Below, piece by piece: positions 11,860 through 23,675 of a stretch of DNA of 64,000 bases; position 1 is the stretch's first letter, and every line of letters starts with the position of its first letter. This DNA is from Mytilus californianus. Its lineage: Eukaryota. The DNA is taken from the NCBI RefSeq assembly GCF_021869535.1, contig NW_026262723.1, positions 111,228,001 through 111,292,000 on the forward strand, written 5' to 3'. The translations under genes and the position numbers were made by a program. The notes under the pieces were generated by a model. The model was not told the origin of the DNA. It searched no databases and saw only the letters and a program-made list of their open reading frames with translations.

Positions 11860-12320
11860 GCATAATGAAGAAGAGTTACTCGAGAATAGTGAAGAAGGTT
11901 AATTGGACAAAGTGAAGAAGGTTAACCTGAGCATAATGAAGAAGGTTTACATGAGCATAGTTAGAAATGTTTACCTAAGCATAGTGAATAAGATTTACTT
12001 GAGCATAGTGAAGAAGGTTTACCTGCTAATAGTGAAAAAGGCTGACTGAAGAAGCAGTACCTGATCATAGTGAAGAAGGTTATTTAAGTATTGTGATAAA
12101 GATTTACCTGTGCATCGTGAAGAAGATTAACCTGAGCGTAGTGACGAACATTGATCTGAGCAAAGTAAAGAAGGTTTACCTAAGTTTAGTGGAAAATGTT
12201 TACCTTTGCATAGTGATTTTTTTTACCTGAGCATAGTGACAAAGGTTAATCTGAGCATAGTTAAGAGGGTTAACGTGAGCATAATGAAGGTTTACCTGGC
12301 CATAGTGAAGAAGATTTTTA
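11860..12320 (-). repeat. Degenerate 24-bp tandem array derived from lipase exon 6 end plus donor (about 18 units)
   Basis: Minus-strand unit GTAAACCTTCTTCACTATGCTCAG matches exon end CTTCTTCACTATGGCCAG|GTAAAC. Confidence 0.85.
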
Positions 12321-12367
12321 ACCGATGTTCCTGCTGGATGTTCTTCGACATAGACTGGTATCCTTGT
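12296..12367 (-). CDS. Acid lipase copy 2, exon 6
   Basis: tgtcag|TRIPVYVEEHPAGTSVKNLLHYGQ|gtaaac; 72 nt, PAGTSV motif. Confidence 0.92.
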
Positions 12368-12681
12368 CTGACAAAAAAGTGAATTGCTAGATATTAGACA
12401 TTAAATACTGTATATTTATATTGAAATTATGGAAAATTTATATCGTGAGTATATGTCGGTTTGATGTTCTGAATTCTTTGTTCCAGTTAATGCTTCATTG
12501 TTTTTTTATTGTGTTACTTCTAAATCCAAATATCAGAATGTTATGATATGAAAAATGCAATATATCAGAATTGTTTTGAATAAAACATGTTATTTAGTAA
12601 CTAATTATGTCTTCCATTTATTTCTATTTACATCTTTTAAGTCGGTGACAGCTTCCATGGTTATTTTCTATCTTGACTCAC

Positions 12682-12837
12682 CCGATTCATCTGTTTTGAG
12701 TCATAGCCAGCAAGAAAGAAAAGAAAATTTTCACAAACAATACTTCCGAGGTTGTTTCCACAGAAATCATGTCCAATTAAACGAATGAAGTCAGATGTTG
12801 GTAACAATTCTCCTTTCCCGAGCAGATTAAATAATAT
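12682..12837 (-). CDS. Acid lipase copy 2, exon 5 (lid/cap region)
   Basis: tttcag|ILFNLLGKGELLPTSDFIRLIGHDFCGNNLGSIVCENFLFFLAGYDSKQMNR|gtgagt; 156 nt, conserved Cys pair. Confidence 0.9.
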
Positions 12838-14033
12838 CTGAAACAGTGTATTACAAGGTTATTATTGTCAAATGCCTTTACAAAAAAAAAAGAATAAAAA
12901 TGAAACCCACAACTTTCCATACATGGTTAGCATTGTATAAAATTGCAACTGTTTTCGTGTTGGTGCTACTATAAAGCAATTTCGATAAATTTGTAAAAAA
13001 CGGTTAACAACAGAGAGATAATCATCAAGCCTGAAACCAAAACAAGAGGCAAGAAATTAGCCCTTATGCCGGTACCAAGTCAGGAATCTGACAGTTGTTT
13101 TCCATTCGTTCTGTTGGTTGATACAATTGTGTGTTTGATTTTGTCAGGTTTTATGGACTTCCCCCGTTTTGAAATTATCATGCAGTTCGGTATTTTTGTA
13201 ATTTTTTTTTTTTTTGCAGAATGAAATAATAAACAGGTTTATTCATATTCTAAAATGGTAAGTAATTGCAAAATTTCGTTTTGTGGTAAGAAAAATATAT
13301 ACATAGTGTTTAGCATGTACCTGTTTTTATTTTTGGAAGAAGTATGTCTAATTACCCTGAGTTTATATGACAGCAGGGACATTTTTAAAAGTATTCAATC
13401 TTTACTAAAATTCACATTATCAAATACTTAAGGGCTTTAAACAACATAACAGCGTATTTTATGAACACTTTCCCATTCACTAAACTCTTAAGATGGCTCA
13501 ATACTGCAATCGTGATTGATTAGGACAAATTTTCATTTTTTTTTTCTCAAATAAATTTACAAGATCACTCAGAAACTAAACAAACATATATGTCGGGTAT
13601 AAAGTCATGTTTTGTCTTTCAGATATGAATAATTACATTTTGTTAAACGATGATACTCTCTCTACATGAGGCGTCGGACTAAACGTCTTTATTATGACCG
13701 GACATGGGCGCGTACTTATCATCAAGCACAAAAACGGACGCCTTTTTAAGCAAGGGTTTTACTACCAGAAAGGGAGAGGTCCAGGAATGACCTCATCTCT
13801 ATACTCTAGTCAACCCTTGCATGGTTTCATCTAATTATAATGCTCTGAGTAAAACAAGAACAGGGGAAATTTGTCATAACTCTTTTTCATGCTAATAATA
13901 ACAATTATTTATAATAAAAAATTTTTACTTTATATTTATGACATGCAAACATAAAATAGTTAGAGACACAACACACACCTTTTTTGCATTTTGTATCATA
14001 GCACATTAACTTTCGACTGGACAAGAAACTTAC

Positions 14034-14277
14034 ATCAAGGTCTTTTGCCAACGGAGCCACTGCCTTAAAAGGTCCTCCGACGTCCCCAAGAGTAGCCACA
14101 GGTGCAAGAGCAAAGAAATGTTTTATTTTAGAAGCTAGTGTTGGATTTCGTCCTAATTCAGCGAATATAATCATTGTGCCTTGAGAATGACCGGCATAAT
14201 ATATCTGACTGCTATTGGTTGTATTCACTATGTAGTCTACTGTGGCAGGAAGATCGTATTTTGCCATTTCGTCCCAT
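14034..14277 (-). CDS. Acid lipase copy 2, exon 4 (catalytic Ser, GHSQG)
   Basis: ttgtag|WDEMAKYDLPATVDYI...YAGHSQGT...FFALAPVA...KDLD|gtaagt; 244 nt. Confidence 0.95.
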
Positions 14278-14599
14278 CTACAAAATTAATAGATTCAAAT
14301 GGAATCCAACTCTTTCTAGCAGTATTGACTTCATTAGAGGTTTGTGGCATCCTGAGGTACATTTTGGTTTGAGACCCCAGCGTGTTTATACTAACACATT
14401 GTTAGATGACCAGATTTTCGGCTTCAAGCGTTCAAGTTTTGTTGGAGATACTTTCATTAATATAACAGAAGAGATTTAAGGACTTTGCGAAATTAAAATT
14501 AGAAAGTAACCTTTTCACGATGATATTTTAAAATCTATAAATTCGACTTTACTCGATATTTCATTTTCAACATCTTAAAAGTCATGACTTCGAAGTCTT

Positions 14600-14900
14600 G
14601 ACTTTCAAATTTCGAAATTTCTGCTTTAAAAGCTCAAAAAATTTCATTTTTTCAAACTCGAAATTTTAAACTATAAATTTCGACATTTTGAAACTTAAAA
14701 TTTGACATTTTAAATCTTAAAATTTGACATTTTAAATCTTAAAATTTGACATTTTAAATCTTAGAATTTGACATTTTATATCTTAAAATTTGACATTTTA
14801 AATCTAAAATTTGACATTTTAAATCTTGAAATTTGACTTTTTAAATCTCGAAATTTCAACTTTTTATAATTAAAATTTGCTAGATTTAAACGTCGAAAAT
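14600..14900. repeat. ~22-bp minisatellite (aaaatttgacattttaaatctt)
   Basis: Visible tandem units in lipase copy 2 intron 3. Confidence 0.8.
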
Positions 14901-15398
14901 TAGACTTTATTCAAATTTTGGCGATAGTCAGAGAAGGAGATGGGGACACAAATTATAAAAATCATCATTCTAACATTTTGGCTATTGATATTAATAAATT
15001 GTTCTGTTCTTTAACGTATGATACGGATAAGCATTTAACATGCAGATGATTACTTCAGAGAGACAATGTATGTAGGCGGAGAAAACTGATTTTTTTGACA
15101 TTGCAACTTTAATTGATTTTAAAAAAAGAGGCGGAAGATACCAAACGAAGGAAATAACACTGTATAAATTATATGAGTCCTTAGCGCTTTTCTGGATAAA
15201 CTTTCATCAAAAACGGTTTAAGCCAAATATTGAAGACTGAGGAACACGAACAATATGCACAAATCATTATTACTAAAATTACCAATTGCTAGATGGCTAC
15301 GTGACTTATGTAATTGATATTTACTAAAAAGACAGGACTGATTTCACATTACTTCGGAAAAAATACACAGTTGATATACTGTAAGAGTTTTATCTTAC

Positions 15399-15606
15399 GT
15401 AAAGTTCCAGAATTTTTCATCTGCAGGTTTTAATGTTTTATGTCGTTTTGAGTATGTGTTTCCTCTACTGTTTCCCATCCAGACATCGATGCCTCTGTCA
15501 GCCAACATAAAACCGAGGCTCTGACTGGCAAGATTTTCCACCCAGCACGCAGAACATGACAACAGTCCATGTTGAAGCAAAACGACAGGATTGCTGCCAT
15601 TAGTTC
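15399..15606 (-). CDS. Acid lipase copy 2, exon 3
   Basis: tttcag|[11 protein letters not shown]...[23 protein letters not shown]...FWNFT|gtaag; 208 nt. Confidence 0.95.
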
Positions 15607-15828
15607 CTGAAACAAATAGCTGAACTATATGGACTCACATATTTTCAATTTCTTGTACATGTATGTCTCATTTAAAATAACAGATTTTTTTATAAAACAG
15701 ATAAATCAAAATTGTCTTTGTGTTTTATGCCTTCAATGATAAAACCGTCTCCTTTCTAATTAATGATAGACTAACTCATAGAGAGCATTACATATGTTAC
15801 AGAGAAAAACACTGAGAAAAGTTACTAC

Positions 15829-15940
15829 CGACAACTGAGCTATGCTTTGGAGGAATTCTGTGTAAACCAAGAATGTAACCATCTGCTGTCACCACTGAAT
15901 GTTCTTCGAAAGGATACCCCTTACTTGTTATTAACTGTGA
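15829..15940 (-). CDS. Acid lipase copy 2, exon 2
   Basis: ttttag|[30 protein letters not shown]...; family motif T-x-DGYIL-x-LHRIP; 112 nt, phase-1 donor GTAGTA. Confidence 0.9.
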
Positions 15941-16519
15941 CTAAAACAAACAAAATGGAAGTTTTAGATTAGAAGTAATAACAAAATAAGGTGGGAAAAG
16001 TTCTGATTATTTATCAAAACCGTATAATAGTGTAACAAACTCTTTCGATGTCAAGTAAGATATTTGCACAGAATCGAGTTATTAAGATGTAGTTTTTCAT
16101 CATGAAAGATTAAGTTTTCCCTAAAAGTTCGTGATTTGACATGGTTTACGCGTACTTCGTTCGGCATCCGATTTCACTTTTTGTATGGAAGCGAATCTGA
16201 CAGAAACCGACACAAGATCCTTCCAGATATTTTTAATAACTTAGTGAAGCAGCTGAGTTAATAAAAATTAAAAAAGAAATGTTTCCATGCCCTTGAAATG
16301 GCATTTCATTTCATGTCCATTTCTTTACATTTGTCTCGATCAGTACGAAATGCGATTCAATCGATGACAAATATACTATTATATCACATACAATCTTTTT
16401 TAATTGCCCAACATTTCATATGCTGTAGAATAATTTTTTTACCTTCTCTACAAAAAAAACCCATTTGTTTGCAATAAATCAGTATTAAAAACCATATCAT
16501 AAAATGATTGGATACTTAC

Positions 16520-16642
16520 AACATTTCTATAGGCATCTGGATCTACCTTCTTCATGAAATTTAAATCATTTTTTGATACGGGTGATGCACTAACGAGAGT
16601 ACAAACTAAAACTACAATATCTCCAACACGTAGCGCATTCAT
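16520..16642 (-). CDS. Acid lipase copy 2, exon 1 of 8
   Basis: MNALRVGDIVVLVCTLVSASP...VDPDAYRNV, donor GTAAGT; 123 nt. Confidence 0.9.
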
Positions 16643-17696
16643 CTTTCAGATTAACACCGACACAACAATGAGAAAATCGTCCTTTGATAATGTTATACCA
16701 TAAAATTATCTTGTCACATTTAATGCCCCCTTTATCAAAAACACCATATTATCCCTATAAACGGAAATAAACAATTAATAGATTACTCAACATCACCCCA
16801 CTTTGATGTGAAATAAGATACTAAATATAAAATGATATAAATATGTTACATTCAAATTTGGAGAATACAATCAAAATAACTTTGTAAGCTATCTTTCTCG
16901 CAAAATTAAAATATTTAAGATTATTTACTAAAAATCTTAAACAAAAAGGGTAAATCGATGCCCCTATAGTGCCTTTAAAGTAAATTCATGCTTGATGTCG
17001 AATTTAACTAATGTCTACAAATTCTTACACCAAAGCATGGATTTATTAGCAACAATGTAGTAATGGCAATTTTCCCCCCAGTATCTATCAAGTACTGATA
17101 AAAACAATTGATAGATTTCCAATGTATCAAGAAAAATGCAATTGTGCCTTTTTATGAAAGTATTCGCAATGCTTACATTTATAAAAAAAAATATATATGA
17201 CATAAGTATTGCCCAAAAACCAGCCCATTCTCATTGTGACTTGTGACTTGCGATTGTCCACCTACTAACATGAGACATCAGAGATAGCCGAACTGTGTAA
17301 TAACTTCTGTCCATTTCATTATACTAATCTTTTAAACTTTGACATTAGAAGTCGTAAACGAGGAATTTGTCTGCATATTGGCACCACACAGTAATGACCA
17401 GTTTAATTAATAAGTTATTGATTTCGCGATTGAGAGTGAAAACAAACCTTTGATTTAATTATAACACTTGTTGTTATAAAATAATAATAAAAACTGTATA
17501 TTATACAATTTTATGTGGTAAGCAAACATTGTTCCGTGCGGTTACGTCAGTTTGTATGATTTTCATACTTTTCCCAATGCATTAACACGAGAATGGAAAT
17601 GTCCAAAATGGTTTCACCTTACAAAATAATGTCATAGTAATACACCGTGTCCGCATTGTCATGTCTATTCAATGAGCGCTTCGCTTTATTTATGAA

Positions 17697-18180
17697 GACC
17701 ATCAGAACTCATACGAAACACTCCTGCAGATTTCAAACCTTCCATCACTAAAAACTCGTAGAATGCGCTCAATTGCCTTGGATACCTTTAAAATAATTAA
17801 TAAAAAATGTCACTTATTTATTCAAGATCTAGTTGTTATAAAAACAATTCATATAATTGCAGGTATGTGAACACTGCTGAGGTACCTAGACCTAGAACCT
17901 CAAGTTATGGTAAAAGATCTTTTAGATTTGAGGCAGCACAAGTATGGAACTCCCTTCCCAATGAGACTAGAATTATGACCTCTTTTGACTAATTTAGGAA
18001 TTATATAAATTCCTGGTGTGGGGGTCAAAAATGTAACTGCAGTTTATGCCGTTTCCATCCAGTGCTGTCTCATAGCTGATATTTTTTTTTTTCTTTTTAT
18101 TATGGCCTTTTGCTCTTTTTATGCATTTATTATATATACCTGCTATTAAATGCCAGTGCTTAATAATTTATTTATTTATT
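17697..18180 (+). mobile_element. 5'-truncated LINE 3' end (CR1/L2 group)
   Basis: SYETLL...LPSLKTRRMRSIA...VPRPRTSSYGKRSFRFEAAQVWNSLP followed by a 3' UTR ending in (TTAT)n. Confidence 0.7.
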
Positions 18181-18199
18181 GATTTTATGCTTTTTAGTC

Positions 18200-18483
18200 T
18201 GTTAGTATTGTTATGATATTCAAGTGATTTGCTGGTTCCCCCATTCAATGCACATAGAGGTGCTTGTCGCATGAGCATTGACTCTGGAGGCTCAGAAATC
18301 AAAATCAATTTGCTTTCATTATATTTGCATGCTTTTTCATTTTTATTTATTAGTATTTGCATGATGCTGCATGTTTTTGTATGTGGTAGTAGGTTAAAGA
18401 GCTCACCAGAGCTCATGTTTTGTCTGTTATTATGTATACATATGCCGACTCTAAATAAAATTTACTTACTTACTTACTTACTT
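18200..18483 (+). mobile_element. Probable LINE/SINE 3' UTR fragment with (TTAC)n tail
   Basis: Ends AATAAAATTTACTTACTTACTTACTT. Confidence 0.45.
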
Positions 18484-19081
18484 GAAACCATGTTTTCATC
18501 TTTGTGGTAATTAAGGATATGATTTTAAAATTATTTTTTGTTGTTGATCATATTAGTATTTTATACAAAATCTGTTAGTATACATACGACGTTTTTACTA
18601 TATATACGGATGGACACTATAGGAAGATTAGACATATATATTGAAGTTCATCAATATTACATACGGTCATATCAACAAATAATATTAGTTTTCTGTTAGT
18701 ACATTGGTCTTATCTATGTACTTACAACAGTTTGCCTTGTACTAGTAATGGTGCGACATACATTGTACTTTTAATCAAACAAACGGAGGAGAAGGTAAAA
18801 TTTAAGGTAAAATTGGGATTAAATTCTATAGTTTGAAGAATTTATCGTTCCAGTTTTGGTGTAGACTATTTACCCTTCGTGTGTTATGACACGTGTTATA
18901 CCATAGCAAGATTACCACTTTTTGAATTTTGTTGGTTTCCAATGCTCTTCAAGTTTATTATTGACAGTTTTGAGCAACTGATGAGTCTTAAGTAGACGAA
19001 ATGTACGTTTGGAGTGATTAATTATAAGCCCGGTATCTTTGGTAAGATTTTACTACCACTAGAATAATGCTTAAAGATTAA

Positions 19082-19752
19082 TGGTTAGTTTTTATAACTG
19101 TATATTACAAGCCTGATATCTTTGGTTAGTTTTTATAACTGTATATTACAAGCCTGATATCTTTGGTTAGTTTTTATAACTGTATATTACAAGCCTGATA
19201 TCTTTGGTTAGTTTTTATAACTGTATATTACAAGCCTGATATCTTTTGTTAGTTTTTATAACTGTATATTACAAGCCTGATATCTTTAGTTAGTTTTTAT
19301 AACTGTATATTACAATCCTGATATCTTTGGTTAGTTTTTATAACTGTATATTACAATCCTGATATCTTTGGTTAGTTTTTATAACTGTATATTACAATCC
19401 TGATGTCTTTGGTAAGTTTTTATAACTGTATATTACAAGCCTGATATCTTTGGTAAGTTTTTTATAACAGCATATTACAATCCTGATATCTTTGGTTAGT
19501 TTTTATAACAGTATATTACAATCCTGATATCTTTGGTTAGTTTTTATAACTGTATACAACAAGCCTGATATCTTTGGTTAGTTTTTTATAACTGCATATT
19601 ACAAGCCTGATATCTTTGGTTAGTTTTAATAACTGTATATTACAATCCTGATATCTTTGGTTAGTTTTTATAACTGTATATTACAAGCCTAATATCTTGG
19701 GTTAGTTTTAATAACTGTATATTACAAGCTTGATATCTTTGGTTAGTTTTTA
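19082..19752. repeat. 41-bp minisatellite, about 16 copies
   Basis: Unit ctgatatctttggttagtttttataactgtatattacaagc. Confidence 0.92.
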
Positions 19753-20249
19753 TGTAACAATAAAATGATAGTAAATGCAGTAAAATATCGAAATTACATA
19801 CATTTTTCACTGTTTGATTAATGCATTTCGATATAATATATGGATAACTACTCTCGCCCAAAAAGATATTCACACAAGAAGTGTGTTTCGCGTTTTCTAT
19901 TCTAAAACAGACAGAGATGGATCGAAAACAATAGAAGTCGATTGAACTCCATAATGGAGAGAACGGGTGCGGCGTCGACAGGGTAAGCATGTTAGCCTAG
20001 TCCTAGCTCACTGATCGACAGTAGACTGACGCGAAGAGGAGGTTGGGAAGGATACCAGGTCAGGTTGACATCAATGGACATGTGGGATCAAGGTCAAAGT
20101 TACCATGTCATATAAATGGGTTGAGAAACCGACACAATGTTATCGATGAACTATGATGTCGATTGCATGAAGAATAATTGAAGTGATAATTACGATATAT
20201 TTTCCTTATAACAAGTTTGAGTAGGTTATGAAGAGTGAGAAGATACCAA

Positions 20250-20880
20250 AGGGTAATCAAAACGACAGAATGAATAAATACAGACAACTCCATGCTAAAA
20301 TGAAAAGACGAAAGGGCAAACAACGGTCCAAATAAAACTAAAATGAAAACATGAATGAGCATCAAAAACAAGGGTGAACTCTTGCTCCAATAGTGGTCAC
20401 CAGTCATGTTATTCATTTAATAATATTAGAAACGTGATGTCACAATCAAGAAAATTAGAACTACGACAAGTTGAACACATCCGTGGTCTTCTGTAACACA
20501 TTTATTTGATAACGGTCAACCAAATCATGGTGGCGTCCGTGAAACTTTCAAAGGGATGTCTTCAAATTTACTATTATTATCAATTTCTAGATGTAGATAG
20601 GAAACTGTATCTGTTTTCTTTTTCTTTATTAGAATTGAATTGGGTAGATCCGATCAGCATTGTCACCAAACTTTGAATTATTCAGTGAAAGGACACCGTC
20701 TATATAGCGGAACTTGGAGTTAATGGTTAATACCAGCTTCTTTTAATTTTTGTTGAGAAGTATGAAGTCTGCCTCATGAGAAAAGAGCATGAAAAGTAAG
20801 GAGTATACAACTACTAAATATGTAAGTAAAATCGTCACAACGATAACAACATCTAGCATATCTTATCAACTGAAATAAGG
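20250..20880 (-). mobile_element. More decayed remnant of the same Penelope-like family
   Basis: Shares 'ataacggtcaaccaa...tggcgtccgt.aaactt' and other segments with 10010-10600. Confidence 0.55.
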
Positions 20881-21764
20881 AAACGCAATAGGATGTGACA
20901 GGTGGTATACTTAGGAATAGAAAGTTAAATAGAGAAAATCTTAAATCCTCGTCATTTGCAATTGTTTTAGTTTCAAGTTGTTGTCCTTGTCAAACTAGAC
21001 TGCCATCGAGTTGATTGTGATACATGTAGAATAACATTTGCTTTCCCTTCGAATGAACCTGAGTTCACTAAATAAATTTGATAAAAGATGCTAGCGGTAG
21101 CGTTATCCGATCCTTAATGTTGGTCATTTTTTTTATTATGGTTTACTGCTTGTGCGTTGTCTGTTTATTTGTGCTTTCAATTAAATGATCCTCAATCTAT
21201 GGTATCTAATATTCGATTAAGACGTCTATAGTCTCTCATCTTAGTAGAAAGTACAATTAATTTTCATTTATTCCAGAACAAAAGACACATGTTAAGGTAA
21301 AGATACATCAAACATTTTTGTTCTCCCGTCCTTTTTTGACTCTTTAAATAGTCTTTAAACTCGTTTATATAAATACGGCCAAAGAGAATTTGATTAGATC
21401 TACATATATTTTCTAGCATACACTTAGTTGGTGTAAAACAGATACCGTTTATTTTGCCTATGTGTTTCAGGTCATGTCAACACTTTGCTTCTGTGATGTG
21501 CATTAACTGTTTTTTTCATAAAGAATCTTCTTCTCTGAAATCACCGCACCATCCGGAAACAAAATTTCCCGTGATCATTGTTACGATGTGTAGTTTCAAA
21601 ATGTTCGATCATATAAGCCATACAGTAATTCTAGATCCTTTAGGCCTCAGGTTATTTTGAAGATGGATGTTTACTTGTCACTATTTATATACTAGTATTT
21701 TAATGCAAGGGTTCACAGTGAGCATTAATGAGATTCTATATATATAGAAATGTGCATTATGTTG

Positions 21765-22195
21765 TCTAACGGTTTGATTAGAGGTATGCTTATCTAACGA
21801 TTTATTTATTGGTATGCTCATCTAACGGGTTGATTAGCGGTATGCTTATCTAACGATTTATTTATCGGTATGCTTATCTAACGATTTTTTTTATCGGTAT
21901 GCTTATCTAAAAAAAATATTTATCGGTATGCTTATCTCACGATTTAATTATCGGTATGCTTATCTAACGATTTATTTATCGATCGATATGCTTATCTACC
22001 GAGCTTATCTACCGATTTATTTATCGGTATGCTTATCTAACGGGTTGATTACAGGGATGCTTATCTCACGATTGTTTTGTTCCTGGAATGAGTATCTAAT
22101 GATTTGATTACCGGGATGCTTATCACACGATTTGATTACTGGAATGTTAATTTAACGTTTTTGTTATCGGTTCATGCTTATTTAACGGTTTGATC
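21765..22195. repeat. 28-bp degenerate minisatellite, about 15 copies
   Basis: Unit tatgcttatctaacgatttatttatcgg. Confidence 0.85.
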
Positions 22196-22449
22196 ACCAG
22201 TGTGGAAATCAAAAGTTGGAAGGTAAAAGAGCGGAGATCAAATGTAATCCAACACGATCGAACAAAATTACGTCACGAATAGGACCGAAGTTATGAAATC
22301 GGTTATACAGCCTCCTATATCTATCACTTTATACCAAAAAAAGTCGCTGTTTAGACAAACTGACTGGAAGTACATTGATAGGTATTTTCGTATATATTAG
22401 TATAAACATGGTTATTCGCAAGAATATATAAGTGTTGATTACAATTATG

Positions 22450-22683
22450 TCAATTCAGTTTTCCCATCAATTTTAACATATCTTTGTATAATGTCTTTGG
22501 TGGTGTATTCCCAACAACAAAGTCTGCATGATTCCATTTAGGATATTCCTTATTTTCTACTATATGCTTCAGATTAGCACTGATAAACTTAACGTCCGTT
22601 GGATCAGCTAGATAATCGTTGCCACCAGAGTATAAAGCCACTGGAACGTCTACTTGTGATAAATTCACAAACGGCGGTGTCGT
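22450..22683 (-). CDS. Acid lipase copy 3, exon 8 (catalytic Asp and His, stop)
   Basis: ttttag|TTPPFVNLS...SGGNDYLADPTDV...WNHADFVVG...stop. The eight exons total 1218 nt, open throughout. Confidence 0.95.
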   Translation of the reverse strand, partial: TTPPFVNLSQVDVPVALYSGGNDYLADPTDVKFISANLKHIVENKEYPKWNHADFVVGNTPPKTLYKDMLKLMGKLN

Positions 22684-23675
22684 CTAAAATAGAGGTCAAA
22701 ATTGTGGAAGTATGAATCCACTTGCATGATTTTAGTAAGACGTGGTATTTCACACCAAGTTGATTACGATAATATTGTCCAAAAAGCTAAAAAGTTTAAG
22801 CAGTTTGCTTTAATTATTCTTTTTGGCTTAATTGACTTATTGATAATGACATTGGTTATAATAATAATGTGGTTGTTCATTCATTTGTTCTAGTATTTTA
22901 TTTGTTTGGGCGGATGAACATCAATTCGCAAATATATAGTATAAAGTAAACTAAACTATTTCTTTCATATTTTCTGCATTTAAGTTATATGCAAATTTAG
23001 TATACGCTTTACACAAGATCTCGTCTTCTTGTACTTTTAAAATCAATTCTGAAATAAGAGTGTATAGGAATGCATGATTTCATGTCAGCAGCTTATAAGG
23101 ACTTTTAGCTTGATTTTGTTGTCAGTAGCTGCGAATTTTGATATGGTATATTGTTTATCATTGTCCTGCCGGAACTTTGTTATCTGTTATACCGTTATGA
23201 TAGAGTTAAGTGTCTTTCCTGTACTGATTTTTATTGTTCTTTCTTTTAAGCCCAGTTGTCACTATCAAAGTTTTCTTTCTTTCAAAACTTTTCAAAGGAA
23301 TTTTGACAGTGACAACTGTCAAACAAAATTTTGATAAAAAACTTTGAAGGATTTTGATGGAATAGAATATAAACCTACTTTTCTGGAAAATTTGATGGGA
23401 ATTTACCAACCAGAGTTGAATTTAGGAATGATGCAATTTTGCTTAACAAAACAAAAGCACAAAGTAAAAACGTTGTAAATAATGATAAGACTTCCAGTAA
23501 AAATAAAAGAAATTTTGTTATTGACAAATGGAATGACAGTGAATTGTTATTGAACAAAGAAGTGTAAAATAAAAATTGTAATTGAACAAAGAAGTGTAAA
23601 ATAAAAATTGTAATTGAACAAAGAAGTGTAAAATTAATCTGCCGTAACAAAACATGAGTGAATTTGCCTCGTATA

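Noticed and set aside
19920-20110. GC-richer island with a plus-strand CAGG|GTAAGC donor-like site
   Set aside because: No ORF, acceptor partner or recognisable family; cannot be supported as an exon.
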